From: Alphaproteobacteria bacterium
GTDB taxonomy: Bacteria; Pseudomonadota; Alphaproteobacteria; GCA-2731375
DNA: 64,000 bases
Assembly (NCBI GenBank): GCA_965232515.1
Contig: CBDDPY010000002.1
Location: forward strand, 96,001 to 160,000
Direction of reading: 5' to 3'
Shown in pieces: positions 9,490 through 19,671 of this stretch; positions within the stretch are counted from its first letter, which is position 1, and each line of letters starts with the position of its first letter. A program made the position numbers and the translations under genes. The notes under the pieces were generated by a model. The model did no database searches. It saw only the letters and a list, made by a program, of their open reading frames with translations, and was not told where the DNA came from.

Positions 9490-9975
9490 TCACTGGAACG
9501 AGAACAGCATGCCTTCCGGCAGGAACACCCGGAGGCCGAAGGTGAAGACGGACCACATGGCGCCGACCGAGACCACAGCGATGATCGCGTGCAGGATGAG
9601 TTTCCGCGGATCCGGCGGGCCCAGCACGGTCAGCGTCGTGAACACGAACAGCACGCCGCCGAGCAGCATGCCGAAGACCGGCAGGGTCAGCAGGAACAGC
9701 AGGAACAGCGTGTAGCAGACGAGGGCGTTGCGGTAGCGTTTGAGCCAGCCGGCGATGCCGTCGCCCGTGCGTTCGGCCGTTGGGCCGGCCCGCAACGCCT
9801 GGCCCAGCAGTGCCAGACTGAACACGGTCAGCAGCGCCAGCACGATCTGCGGCCAGACGCTCGACGGCATGGTGCCGTAGTTCGTCTCCTCGATCTGGAA
9901 CGAGGCGGTAATGAACACGCCGCAGAACAGCAGCAGGAAGATGGCGACGATGGCGTCGCGGTTCAGGCGCGTCAC
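9490..9975 (-). CDS. tctB: Tripartite tricarboxylate transporter small permease TctB
   Basis: 4-5 TM helices, C-terminal LRVFLPEG; lies between tctC and tctA. Confidence 0.85.
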   Translation of the reverse strand: MTRLNRDAIVAIFLLLFCGVFITASFQIEETNYGTMPSSVWPQIVLALLTVFSLALLGQALRAGPTAERTGDGIAGWLKRYRNALVCYTLFLLFLLTLPVFGMLLGGVLFVFTTLTVLGPPDPRKLILHAIIAVVSVGAMWSVFTFGLRVFLPEGMLFSFQ

Positions 9976-10036
9976 GCGACTGTCTCCGTGATCAGAAAAG
10001 CCGGGGCGGCGTCTTGCGCGCCGCCCCGGCGGATAC

Positions 10037-11011
10037 TCAGTTGGTCGCCTTGTAGAGCCCGACCTCGACCGCGATGCGCTTCCACTCGGCGAAGGTCTCC
10101 TCGAAATAGGCCCGGTAGGCGTCGGGGTCCTTGAATTCGATCGAGGTGCCCTTGGCGGTCATCTGCTTCTGCACCGAGGGGTCCATCGCCGCCTGTTCGA
10201 ACAGCTTGCCGTAGTAGTCGATGATCTCGGGCGACGTGCCCTTGGGCAGCATGACGCCGCGATCGGTGCCGTAGACCAGGTCGTAGCCCTGCTCCTTCAT
10301 GGTCGGCACGTCCGGGATCTCGGGATTGCGTTCCTCGGTGGTGATGCCGAGCGCCTTCAGCTCGTTGCTCTGGATATACTTCTTGGCCGCGGCCAGGTTG
10401 ATCTCGCCGAGCTGAATGTTCTTCGCCAACAATGCGGTCATCCTCTGCCGCGTGCCGTCGTAGGAGACGTGCTTGAACTTCAGGCCAGTCTTGTCCTCCA
10501 GCAGCAGGAAGATGAAGTGGCTGGTCGAGCCCAGCGTGCCGCCGGCCGTCATCTCGCCGGGCTTGCCCGTCTCGCCCGCGACCAGCTCGGTGACGGTGCC
10601 GTAAGGCACGTCCGGATTGGCGCCGAAGATGGCCGGCGTGCGGGTCAGCATGACCACCGGCTCGAAGGCGTCCCAGGTGAAGTCGACCCGGCCGTTGAAA
10701 TAGCTGGTGATGGCGCTCTGGTGGATGGCGAACAACGTGCAGCCGTTGGCCTTGGCCTTGACCGCCTCCTTGGCGCCCTTGTTGCCGCCCTGGCCGGGTA
10801 TGTTCACGACCTGCAGCTCGGGCTTGGCGCCTGATTTGTTCACGGCCTCCACGAAGATCCGGAAGATCACGTCGGTACCGCCGCCCGCGCCCCAGGGCAC
10901 GATCAGCTTGGCCGTCCGGCACGGCAGGTCGACCGCGGCCGAGGCGGGCGCCGTCGCAAACACCGACACGGCGGCGGCCATGGCCGTCGCCAGGAGAAAT
11001 TTCGCTTTCAT
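10037..11011 (-). CDS. tctC: Tripartite tricarboxylate transporter substrate-binding protein (TctC/Bug)
   Basis: Signal peptide; IVPWGAGGGTD, VVNIPGQGG, PDVPTMKEQG Bug motifs. Confidence 0.9.
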   Translation of the reverse strand: MKAKFLLATAMAAAVSVFATAPASAAVDLPCRTAKLIVPWGAGGGTDVIFRIFVEAVNKSGAKPELQVVNIPGQGGNKGAKEAVKAKANGCTLFAIHQSAITSYFNGRVDFTWDAFEPVVMLTRTPAIFGANPDVPYGTVTELVAGETGKPGEMTAGGTLGSTSHFIFLLLEDKTGLKFKHVSYDGTRQRMTALLAKNIQLGEINLAAAKKYIQSNELKALGITTEERNPEIPDVPTMKEQGYDLVYGTDRGVMLPKGTSPEIIDYYGKLFEQAAMDPSVQKQMTAKGTSIEFKDPDAYRAYFEETFAEWKRIAVEVGLYKATN

Positions 11012-11111
11012 TCTTCAAACTCCCTGTTGAGACGATCCGCGTTCTGGCGACGCGGTTTTCGTTGCTCCCGAAATATCGCAGCCGGGCGGTGGATGCAATG
11101 CGCCGTTGGCT

Positions 11112-12305
11112 TCAAGGCTGGGCCGTCGCGCCCGAGGCGAGGAGTCCGTCGATCGCGGCATCATCCAGGCCGGCCTCACGCAGCACTTCGACGCTGTGCT
11201 GACCCAGCCGCGGCGGCGGCAGTCGGATTTCCGACGGCGTCTCGGCGAAGCCGACCACCGGACTGGTCATGCGCAACTGGCCTTCGGTCGGATGTTCGAC
11301 ATCATGCCAGAAGCCGCTTTGCTTGAGCTGCGGGTGGTCGATCAGGTCCTGCAGCGTGTTGACCGTGTTGCACGGCACGCCCACGCCATCGAGCTCCCGC
11401 AGCCATTCGGCCGTGGTGCGCGTCGCGACGATGGCCTCCAATTCGGCATAGAGCGCGTCGATGTTCTCGGTGCGCGCCGCGACCGTGGCGAAGCGCGGAT
11501 CGTCCAGCAGCTCCGAACGGCCGGCGAGCTTCAGCACGGCCTGCCAATGGGCGTCGGTGTGCGGCAGGACGGCGACGTAGCCGTCGCGCGTGGCGTAGGG
11601 CCGGCGGTGATCGCTCAACACCCGGCCATAGCCGAACGCGCCCTCGGCCGGCTCGAAGGTGTGGCCGAACAGGTGCTCGGACATGACGTAGGCGACCATG
11701 TTCTCGAACATCGGCACCTCGATGGCCTGGCCGCCGCCGTGCCGCTCGCGCCGGAACAGGGCGGCGCAGATGGCGTAGACCACGGTCATGGCCGTGGTCT
11801 TGTCGCAGACCACGGCGGGCAGATAGTTCGGCGCGCCGTGCTTGACGCCCTCCATGGCCGCGAGCCCGCTCGCCGCCTGGATGATGTCGTCATAGGCCGG
11901 CTTTTCCGCGTTCGGGCCGGATTTCCGGTAGCCGTAGGTTGCGCAATAGACGATCTTGGGATTGACGGCTTTGACCGCCTCGTAGGCGAGGCCGAGGCGC
12001 GTCACCACCTGCGGCCGCAGGTTGTGGACCAGCACATCGGCGGTCTCGAGCAGCTTGAGGCAGGCGGCGAGCGCGTCGGGGTCTTTCAGATCCAGGACGA
12101 TCGAGCGCTTGTTGCGGTTGCAGTTCAGGAACAGGGCCGCCATGCCGGGATTGCGCGCCGGGCCGATGTTCCGCGTGGTGTCGCCGGCCGGCGGCTCGAT
12201 CTTGATCACGTCGGCGCCCATGTCGCCCAGCATCTGCGCGGCCCAGGGTCCCAGCACGACGCTAGTCAATTCGACAATACGCACCCCTTCGAGCGGACCC
12301 GACAT
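11112..12305 (-). CDS. Family III CoA-transferase (CaiB/BaiF)
   Basis: GPLEGVRIVEL, GADVIKIEPP, NRNKRSI, PAYDDIIQA (catalytic Asp), PPPRLGQH. Confidence 0.92.
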   Translation of the reverse strand: MSGPLEGVRIVELTSVVLGPWAAQMLGDMGADVIKIEPPAGDTTRNIGPARNPGMAALFLNCNRNKRSIVLDLKDPDALAACLKLLETADVLVHNLRPQVVTRLGLAYEAVKAVNPKIVYCATYGYRKSGPNAEKPAYDDIIQAASGLAAMEGVKHGAPNYLPAVVCDKTTAMTVVYAICAALFRRERHGGGQAIEVPMFENMVAYVMSEHLFGHTFEPAEGAFGYGRVLSDHRRPYATRDGYVAVLPHTDAHWQAVLKLAGRSELLDDPRFATVAARTENIDALYAELEAIVATRTTAEWLRELDGVGVPCNTVNTLQDLIDHPQLKQSGFWHDVEHPTEGQLRMTSPVVGFAETPSEIRLPPPRLGQHSVEVLREAGLDDAAIDGLLASGATAQP

Positions 12306-12403
12306 GTTCAACATCCTCTACGGCAGATCTTGGGGAAAGGCGGCAAGCCCCGGATTCGATTATCATAGTCGCTTGTGTAGCGGAAACGACGATAGACGGG
12401 ATC

Positions 12404-13297
12404 ATGACAGAAACGAAAGACCTGCCGCTGTGGCGTTCGATGATGTTCGTGCCGGCGAACGTGCCGAAGTTTGTGGAGAAGGCGCATACGCGCGGCGCCG
12501 ATGCGATCATTATCGACCTGGAAGACAGCGTACTGCCGGAAGACAAGGCGGCGGCGCGCAAGCTGGTGCCCGAGGTGGCGGCCGTCGTGGGCCAGGCCGG
12601 CGCCGACGTCTGCGTACGCCTTAACCGGCCGTGGCGGCTGGCGGTCCCGGACATCGAGGCTTCGGTCTGTCCCGACGTGGCCGCGCTAGTGCTGCCGAAG
12701 GTGGCCGATGCCGGCCATGTGCGCGCCATCGCCGAAATCGTCGATGAGATCGAGGCGGAGAAGGGCATGCCGGCGGGCCGCACCCGGCTCGTGGCGATGA
12801 TCGAGACAGCGGATGCGTTCTTCCATGTCCGCGACATCGCCGGCGCGCATGCCCGTGTCGTCGGCATGATCCTGGGCTCGGAAGACTTCGCCAACTCGGC
12901 CGGCATGGCGCCCGAGCCGGATGGGCTGTTCCACGCCACGGTCGAGACCGCGATCGCGGCCCGCGCCGCCGGCATCCTGCCGCTTGGCTTCGTCGGCTCG
13001 CTCGTTGGCTATTCCGACCTCGACGAGTTCCGCGCCATGGTGCGGCGCGGCCGGAACCTGGGCTTCGAGGGCGCCTTCTGCATCCATCCCGCGCAGGTGC
13101 CAATCCTGAACGAGGAATACGCGCCGTCGGCCGACGATGTGGATTATGCCCGGCGCGTGATTGCCGCGGCGGACGAGGCGGCGGCGGCCGGCCGCGGCTC
13201 GGCCACGGTCGACGGCAAGATGATCGACATCCCCATCGTCGACCGCGCCCGGCTGACGCTGCAGCGGCAGGCGCAAATCGAGGCCCGAGCCGGATGA
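12404..13297 (+). CDS. CitE/HpcH-like CoA-ester lyase (citrate lyase beta / citramalyl- or malyl-CoA lyase family)
   Basis: [37 protein letters not shown]. Confidence 0.88.
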   Translation: MTETKDLPLWRSMMFVPANVPKFVEKAHTRGADAIIIDLEDSVLPEDKAAARKLVPEVAAVVGQAGADVCVRLNRPWRLAVPDIEASVCPDVAALVLPKVADAGHVRAIAEIVDEIEAEKGMPAGRTRLVAMIETADAFFHVRDIAGAHARVVGMILGSEDFANSAGMAPEPDGLFHATVETAIAARAAGILPLGFVGSLVGYSDLDEFRAMVRRGRNLGFEGAFCIHPAQVPILNEEYAPSADDVDYARRVIAAADEAAAAGRGSATVDGKMIDIPIVDRARLTLQRQAQIEARAG

Positions 13298-14529
13298 CGG
13301 ATACCAGCAATGGCGCGCGCCCGCTCGACGGCGTGCGCGTGCTCGATATCGCGACCTTTATCGCCGCGCCCTACTGCGCCACCATCCTGGGCGAGTTCGG
13401 CGCCGAGGTGATCAAGATCGAGCAGCCCGGCGTTGGCGATCCGGCCCGCGTCTTCGGCACGCCGACGGAGCGCGTGACCAGCTCGACCGGGCGCGGCGAC
13501 ACGCTGGTCTGGCTGTCGGAGTCGCGCAACAAGCAATCGATCACGCTCGATCTCCGCAGCGAGAAGGGCGCCGATCTGTTCAAGCGGCTGGTCGAGAAGA
13601 GCGACGTTGTCTGCGAGAATTTCCGGGTCGGCACGTTGGAGAAATGGGGCCTCGGCTGGGACACGCTGCGGGCGATCAATCCGCGTCTGGTGATGCTGCG
13701 CGTCACCGGCTTCGGCCAGACCGGTCCAAATGCCGAGCGGCCCGGTTTCGCGCGGATCGCCCAGGCTTTCGGCGGGCTCGGTATTCTCGCCGGCATGCCG
13801 GACGGCCCGCCGGTGGTGCCGGGCTCCAGCACGCTCGCGGACTACATGTCGGGCATGTACGGCGCGCTCGGCGTGATGATGGCCTTGCGTGTGGCGGAAC
13901 GGACGGGGCAGGGGCAGTACATCGACATCGGCCTCTACGAGTCGGTGTTCCGGGTGCTGGACGAGATGGTGCCGGCCTATGGCCGCGACGGCACCGTGCG
14001 CGAGCGCATGGGACCGGCGACGGTCAACGTTTGCCCGCACAGCCATTATCAGACCAAGGATGGTGCTTGGGTGGCGATCGCCTGCACCAACGACAAGATG
14101 TTCGCGCGCCTCGCCGCGGTGATGGGCCGGCCGGAGCTGGCGGCCGACGATCGCCTGGGCAAGGTCCAGGCGCGGCTCGCCGCCCGTCCCGAGGTCGACG
14201 GCCTGGTGTCGGCCTGGACGGCCAGTCTGACGAAGGATGAGGTTTTGCAGGCCTGCACGGCGGGTGAGGTGCCGTGCGGACCGCTAAACACCGTCGCCGA
14301 TATCTTCGGGGACCCGCAGTTCGCCGCGCGCGAGAACCTGGTGCGGATGATGGCTGACGAGATCGGCGAGGTGACGGTGCCGTCGGTGGTGCCGAGGCTG
14401 TCGGAGACACCGGGCCGCATCGACCATCTGGGGCCGCCGTTGGGCGATGCGAACGCGGCGGTCTACGGTGGGCTACTCGGACTCAGTGATACGGAGATCG
14501 AGGGGTTGAAGGCGGAGGGGGTTATCTGA
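13294..14529 (+). CDS. Family III CoA-transferase
   Basis: [34 protein letters not shown]; the usual GF-D reads GFA here; ATGA overlap with the lyase gene. Confidence 0.9.
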   Translation: MTDTSNGARPLDGVRVLDIATFIAAPYCATILGEFGAEVIKIEQPGVGDPARVFGTPTERVTSSTGRGDTLVWLSESRNKQSITLDLRSEKGADLFKRLVEKSDVVCENFRVGTLEKWGLGWDTLRAINPRLVMLRVTGFGQTGPNAERPGFARIAQAFGGLGILAGMPDGPPVVPGSSTLADYMSGMYGALGVMMALRVAERTGQGQYIDIGLYESVFRVLDEMVPAYGRDGTVRERMGPATVNVCPHSHYQTKDGAWVAIACTNDKMFARLAAVMGRPELAADDRLGKVQARLAARPEVDGLVSAWTASLTKDEVLQACTAGEVPCGPLNTVADIFGDPQFAARENLVRMMADEIGEVTVPSVVPRLSETPGRIDHLGPPLGDANAAVYGGLLGLSDTEIEGLKAEGVI

Positions 14530-14550
14530 AGACCTGTGCACGGTATCGGG

Positions 14551-14694
14551 TCAGCGGCCCTCACCCTCCCACGAGCTGACGCTCGCGGGTCCCTCCTTCT
14601 CCCGCAAGCGGGAGAGGGGTTGTGGAGCCGAAGCGGTAGCGGTAGCGGCCCCCTCTCCCGTTTACGGGAGAGGGTTGGGGTGAGGGCCTGCTGA
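14551..14694. repeat. REP/RIME-like nested palindromic intergenic element
   Basis: Outer inverted repeat tcagcggccctcaccc...ggggtgagggcctgctga encloses hairpins ctcccgc-aa-gcgggag and ccctctcccg-ttta-cgggagaggg; lies between convergent genes. Confidence 0.75.
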
Positions 14695-14710
14695 GGTGCC
14701 GTCGGGTTCC

Positions 14711-15850
14711 TTACGAAATATGCGCCCCCCGCGTCTCCACGAATACCGCGTAGAGCGACTGGCTGCCGGTCATGAACAGGCGGTTGCGCTTGGTGCCGCC
14801 GAAGCAGACGTTCGAGCAGATCTCCGGCAGGCGGATATGGCCGATGCGGTCGCCATTCGGCGCGAAGATGTGCACGCCGTCGTAGCCGTCGCCGACCCAG
14901 CCAGCGCTGGCCCAGATGTTGCCGTCCTCGTCGGCGCGGATGCCGTCGGCGAAGCCGGACTTGCCGTCCATCTCCATGTCGGCGAACTGGCCGGCATTGG
15001 TCAGGCGCTGGCCGTCAATGTCGTACTGCCAGATGATCTTCTTGGCGTCGCTGTAGTGTGACGCGCCGGTGTCGGCGACGTAGAGCTTCTTGTAGTCGTG
15101 CGAGAAGCAGAGCCCGTTCGGCTTGTGCGGCTCGTCGGCCACCTTCGCCATCTTGCCGCTGGTGCCATCGATGCGATAGATCGCTTCTTTCTGGAATGGC
15201 TGTGGGCTACCGGTGTTGGCGCGGTTGCCCTCATAGTTCATCAGGCTGCCGTAGCCGGGATCGGTGAACCAGATGGAGCCGTCTTCCGGATGCACGACGG
15301 CATCGTTGGGCGCGTTCAACTGGCCGCCGTTGTATGAGTCCGCCAGCACCGTCTGCGAGCCGTCGTATTCGTAGCGCACGACACGGCGGTTGCCGTGCTC
15401 GCAGGCGATCTGGCGGCCCTGGAAGTCGAAGGTATTGCCATTGCTGTTGCCCGATGGGAAGCGGAAGCGGCGGCCGACATGGCCGTCTTCCTCCATCCAG
15501 CGCAGTTGCTCGTTGTTGGGAATGTCGCTCCAAAGCAGATAGCGGCCGACGCCGTTCCAGGCCGGCCCCTCGGCCCAGAGCGTGCCGCGGTGCAGGCGCA
15601 TGATGGGCGTGTTGCCGAGCTTGTACTTGAAGCGCTGGTCGAGCACGACGACGTCGGGCTCGGGATAGCGCACGGGTTCGGCGTCCGCGTCGAAGTTGCG
15701 GGCGAAGGCCGTCGACGACATGGCCGTGGTCGCGGCGACGGTGGTCGCGGCCGCCAGGAACGAACGGCGGTCCATGCCCTTCGGTTCTTTCGCCGGCCGG
15801 TCCGACGGTTTGGCGAGATCGATAAACTTATGAAGCTGTACGCGATGCAT
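14711..15850 (-). CDS. SMP-30/gluconolactonase/LRE family protein with a Tat signal
   Basis: GAGGAGG RBS; DRRSFL twin-arginine motif; WAEGP, LNAPND, PNGLCFS, ADGIRAD propeller motifs. Confidence 0.9.
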   Translation of the reverse strand: MHRVQLHKFIDLAKPSDRPAKEPKGMDRRSFLAAATTVAATTAMSSTAFARNFDADAEPVRYPEPDVVVLDQRFKYKLGNTPIMRLHRGTLWAEGPAWNGVGRYLLWSDIPNNEQLRWMEEDGHVGRRFRFPSGNSNGNTFDFQGRQIACEHGNRRVVRYEYDGSQTVLADSYNGGQLNAPNDAVVHPEDGSIWFTDPGYGSLMNYEGNRANTGSPQPFQKEAIYRIDGTSGKMAKVADEPHKPNGLCFSHDYKKLYVADTGASHYSDAKKIIWQYDIDGQRLTNAGQFADMEMDGKSGFADGIRADEDGNIWASAGWVGDGYDGVHIFAPNGDRIGHIRLPEICSNVCFGGTKRNRLFMTGSQSLYAVFVETRGAHIS

Positions 15851-16170
15851 GTCGTGGGCCTCCTCTGATCAATAGCCAATGAAATTTCCGCTCTAACGGC
15901 GAGACCGTTGTTCGCGCGGTATCTGGCCCCCCAATTCGAGTTGATGAAGGTCGAAATGACGCGTGTCAGGCGCGTCCGAGATGCCGTCGGGCGTCGCTAC
16001 AATTCTTTGGATTGAATAAGCTGTAAGCCGCTGCCGGCGCCGCGCCGGTCAGCCGTGGATGCTGACGCATCGTTGATCCCTCCCGTTCGTCTGCGTGTCG
16101 CAGATCTTTTTTGCGCGAGAGATTATGACTCAATCGGCGCGATCGAACGAGCGGAAGTATCGGTGGTCGA

Positions 16171-17547
16171 TTAGTTTCCCGCGATCGCGGCGCGCGCCTC
16201 GGGCGCGAAGGCCCGCAGGCTTTCCGTCAGCAGGCCCATGATTTCGTCGACCTGCGCCTCGGTCACGATCAACGGCGGCGAGATCAGGAAGTTGTCGCCG
16301 CGCTGGCCGTTCAGGACCCGACGGCTGTAGATCACCAGGCCACGGTCGTAGGCCTCCTGCGCCAGCCGCAGATAGGCGTCGAGCTCGGGCGGCAGCGGGT
16401 GGCCGGTCTTGCGGTCGGCGATGATGTCGAAGCCCAGCAGCAGGCCCTTGCCGCGGACCTCGCCGATGAATTCGAACTCGTCCTGCAGGCCTTCCAAGCG
16501 CGACTTCAGGATCGCGCCCATGCGCGCGGCGTTGCCCATGAGGTCGTTGTCGAGATGCTCGGCCAGCACGGCGCGGCCGATGGCGCAGGCGAGCGGGCCG
16601 GCCGAATAGGTATGGCCGTGCGCGAAACCGCCGGCGGCCTGAATGGTCTCGACCATGCGCCGCGATGCCAGGATCGCGCCGAGCGGCACGTAGCCGGCGG
16701 CCAGGCCCTTCGCCAGCACGGCGATGTCGGGCGTGACGCCGAAGTGCTCGGCGGCGAGATACTTGCCGGTGCGGCCGGCGCCGCTCATTACCTCGTCGAA
16801 GATCAGCAGCACGCCATGCCGGTCGCAGATCTCGCGTACGCGGGTGTAGTAGATGTCGGGCGCCGTCAGCGCGCCCGTCGAGGCGCCGCCGACCGGTTCC
16901 ATGATGAAGGCCAGGATGGTCTCCGGACCCTGCGCCGTGATCTCCGCCTCCAGCTCGTCGGCATAGGCAATCGCCGACTCCTCCAGGCTCTGGCCCTCGG
17001 GCCGGTAGGCGCAGTAGGGCGTCGGGATCTTCGGCATGATCGGCATCATCGGCGCGAACGGCCCGGCCATCTGCGGATCGCCGGTCAGCGCCAGCGCGCC
17101 CAGCGTGGCGCCGTGATAGGACGGCATGCGCGAGACGATCTTGTAGCGGGTGGCTTCGCCGGTCGCCAAGGCGTGCTGCCGGGCCAGCTTGACCGCCGCC
17201 TCGACCGCCTCCGAGCCGCCGGAGCAGAAGAAGGCCATGTCGAGGCCCTCGGGCGCCACGGCGGCCAGCTCGTGCGCCAGCTCCTCGGCCGGTTCGTTCA
17301 TGAAATGCGAGCGGAAGGCGAAGCTGATCTTGGCCGCCTGCTCGGCCATGGCCTCACGCACCCGGACGTTGCCGTGACCGATATTGGCGGTCTGCGGGCC
17401 GGCGCAGGCGTCGATATAACGCCTGCCGCTCTGGTCCCAGACATAGATGCCCTCGCCGCGCTCGATGACCGGGCGGTCCGGCGTCGGCCAGAAGAACATG
17501 GAGGACGGACGGTTGTCGCCGCGGCGGTCGCTGTGGGCAAGGCTCAT
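16171..17547 (-). CDS. Class III PLP-dependent aminotransferase
   Basis: SGGSEAVEAA, SYHGAT, IFDEVMSGAGRTG, LAKGL (PLP Lys), HGHTYS; likely start ATG 17547. Confidence 0.9.
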   Translation of the reverse strand: MSLAHSDRRGDNRPSSMFFWPTPDRPVIERGEGIYVWDQSGRRYIDACAGPQTANIGHGNVRVREAMAEQAAKISFAFRSHFMNEPAEELAHELAAVAPEGLDMAFFCSGGSEAVEAAVKLARQHALATGEATRYKIVSRMPSYHGATLGALALTGDPQMAGPFAPMMPIMPKIPTPYCAYRPEGQSLEESAIAYADELEAEITAQGPETILAFIMEPVGGASTGALTAPDIYYTRVREICDRHGVLLIFDEVMSGAGRTGKYLAAEHFGVTPDIAVLAKGLAAGYVPLGAILASRRMVETIQAAGGFAHGHTYSAGPLACAIGRAVLAEHLDNDLMGNAARMGAILKSRLEGLQDEFEFIGEVRGKGLLLGFDIIADRKTGHPLPPELDAYLRLAQEAYDRGLVIYSRRVLNGQRGDNFLISPPLIVTEAQVDEIMGLLTESLRAFAPEARAAIAGN

Positions 17548-17648
17548 GACGGTGTTTCCGGAGTTGTCGCGCGAAGGTGGTCGCGGATCGTAACGCAGCC
17601 TGCGATGATAGGACAGACAGGGCATCCGCATATCGGAAGGAACAGAGT

Positions 17649-18410
17649 TTGCAGGACACGCTTTTGGTGGAGCGGCGCGGGCCGGTGATGACTTTGGTCA
17701 TCAACCGGCCCGAGGTGCGCAATGCGCTGGACAACGCGACGGCGCGCGCGCTGACCGATGCGCTCAACGATTTTGATGCGGATGACGAGGCCCGTGTCGC
17801 GGTGCTGGTGGGCGAGGGCGGCTGTTTCTGCGCCGGCGCCGATCTGAAGGAAATGGCGCAGGAAGGCGCGACCTACGAGCCCTGGGCCGGCGAGAACGGT
17901 CCGAACGGCGCGCTGCTGTCGAAGCCGGTGATTGCCGCCATCGCCGGTCACGCCGTCGCCGGCGGGCTCGGCCTGGCGCTCCGCTGCGATATCCGGATCG
18001 CCGAGGAGAACGCCGTGTTCGGCGTGTTCTCGCGCCGCTGGGGCGTGCCGATGAGCGACGGCACCACCGTGATGCTGCCGCGTCTGATCGGCCAGGGCCG
18101 GGCGCTCGACATGCTGATCACCGGCCGGCCGGTTGGCGCCGAGGAGGCGCTGGCCATCGGCCTGGTCAGCCGCGTCGTGCGCGACGGCGAGGGCCGCGAA
18201 GCCGCCGAAGCGCTGGCGCAGGAAGTGGCGCGTTTTCCGCAGACAACGATGCGCTCGGACCGGCTGTCGGCGATCCGCCAGCACGGCTTGCCGCTGCGCG
18301 AAGCCTTTGCGCTGGAAGCGGCGTTTGCCCAGGCGGCGAAGGGCGAGCTGGCGCAACTCGGCGCCGCCCGCTTCGCCGCCGGCGCCGGCCGCCACGGCAG
18401 CTTCGACTGA
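17649..18410 (+). CDS. Enoyl-CoA hydratase/crotonase family protein
   Basis: INRPEVRNA, FCAGADL, RRWGVPMSDG, GAGRHG; likely TTG start after GGAAGGA. Confidence 0.88.
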   Translation: MQDTLLVERRGPVMTLVINRPEVRNALDNATARALTDALNDFDADDEARVAVLVGEGGCFCAGADLKEMAQEGATYEPWAGENGPNGALLSKPVIAAIAGHAVAGGLGLALRCDIRIAEENAVFGVFSRRWGVPMSDGTTVMLPRLIGQGRALDMLITGRPVGAEEALAIGLVSRVVRDGEGREAAEALAQEVARFPQTTMRSDRLSAIRQHGLPLREAFALEAAFAQAAKGELAQLGAARFAAGAGRHGSFD

Positions 18411-18420
18411 GGGTCGGCGG

Positions 18421-19569
18421 CTACCGGTACGGTTTCAGCAGCGCGCGGGCGATGACCACGTTCTGGATCTCCGTGGTGCCATCGAGATATTGCGCCATTT
18501 TGGCGGCGGCCAGGTGGCGCGCGAGCGGCAGGTCCTGGCGGAAGCCGCGTGCGCCCATCACCTGCATGCAGTCGGCGAGGCGCGCCAACGCGGCCCGGGT
18601 GGCGAACTTCTTGGCGTGCGCCGCCTTGATGGCCGCGTTGTCGCCGGCGCTGTCAATGGCCTGTGCCGCCACATAGGCCAGCGCGCGACTCGCCTCCAGG
18701 TCGGTCGCCACGTCGGCCAACATCCATTGCAGCCCCTGCAGGTCGGCGATCGGCGCGCCGAAGGCTTGGTGGCGGGCGGTGAATTCGAGCGCCGTTTCGA
18801 GCCCGCAGCGCAGCATGCCGGAGCACATGGCCGCGACGTTGACCCGCGCCACATCGATCCCGGACATGGCCGCCTTGAAGCCCTCGCCCGGCGGCACGAA
18901 CATCTGGTCGGCCGTGACTTTGCAATCCTCGAAGCGGAAACCGCCCGCGCCGGTCGCATGGCAGCCCAGCATTTCATACGGCGCTTCGCGGATGACGCCG
19001 TCCTGATTGGCGTCGATCAGGAAGGCGGCGATGCCGCGCCAGCCCTGGGCGGCGTCGGTTTGGGCATAGACGCTCAGCACGTCGGCGTGTGCCGCGTTGG
19101 TGATCCAGGCCTTCTCGCCGTTCAACCGCCAGCCGTCGCCGTCGGGCGTCGCCGTGGTCGCGATGGCGGCGGCGTCGCTGCCGCCCTTGGCCTCGGTCAG
19201 CAGGAAGGCGCCGATACGCCGGCCGGTCATCATGTCGGGCGCATAACGTTCGACCTGATCCGGCCGGCCGCGGCGGCAGATGGCGCCCGTCAAGTTGTTG
19301 TGCACGACCAGCGCGAAGGCGAAGGCCATGTCGGCGTAGGACAGCTCTTCCATGATCCGCGCCATGACGCCGACCGGAAGCGCCTCGCCGCCGGCGTCGG
19401 TCGAGGCCAGGAGCCGGCAGAGCCCGGCATCCGCGGCTTGCTTCAGCGTATCGCGCGGGGCGGTGCGGTCGCTTTCCCAGGCCGGTGCGTTGGGCGCAAC
19501 CGTATTAGCAGCGAAGTCCTTGGCCACGTCGACCAGTTCGGCGTGGCGCGGCGAAAGTTCGGGTTCGAT
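18421..19569 (-). CDS. Acyl-CoA dehydrogenase (start codon uncertain, possibly ATC)
   Basis: LTEAKGGSDA, LNGEKAWITN, QVMGARG, YLDGTTEIQ; the upstream part of the 503-aa ORF is antisense to the next gene. Confidence 0.88.
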   Translation of the reverse strand: MEPELSPRHAELVDVAKDFAANTVAPNAPAWESDRTAPRDTLKQAADAGLCRLLASTDAGGEALPVGVMARIMEELSYADMAFAFALVVHNNLTGAICRRGRPDQVERYAPDMMTGRRIGAFLLTEAKGGSDAAAIATTATPDGDGWRLNGEKAWITNAAHADVLSVYAQTDAAQGWRGIAAFLIDANQDGVIREAPYEMLGCHATGAGGFRFEDCKVTADQMFVPPGEGFKAAMSGIDVARVNVAAMCSGMLRCGLETALEFTARHQAFGAPIADLQGLQWMLADVATDLEASRALAYVAAQAIDSAGDNAAIKAAHAKKFATRAALARLADCMQVMGARGFRQDLPLARHLAAAKMAQYLDGTTEIQNVVIARALLKPYR

Positions 19570-19671
19570 GGTCCTGTCCTCCCAACGGCATTCGATATCT
19601 TGCCGCAACCATAGCGGCGGCGGGCCGGGCGCGATAGGTTGTCGGCCTGGGATTTCGGTAGGGGTGACAAG

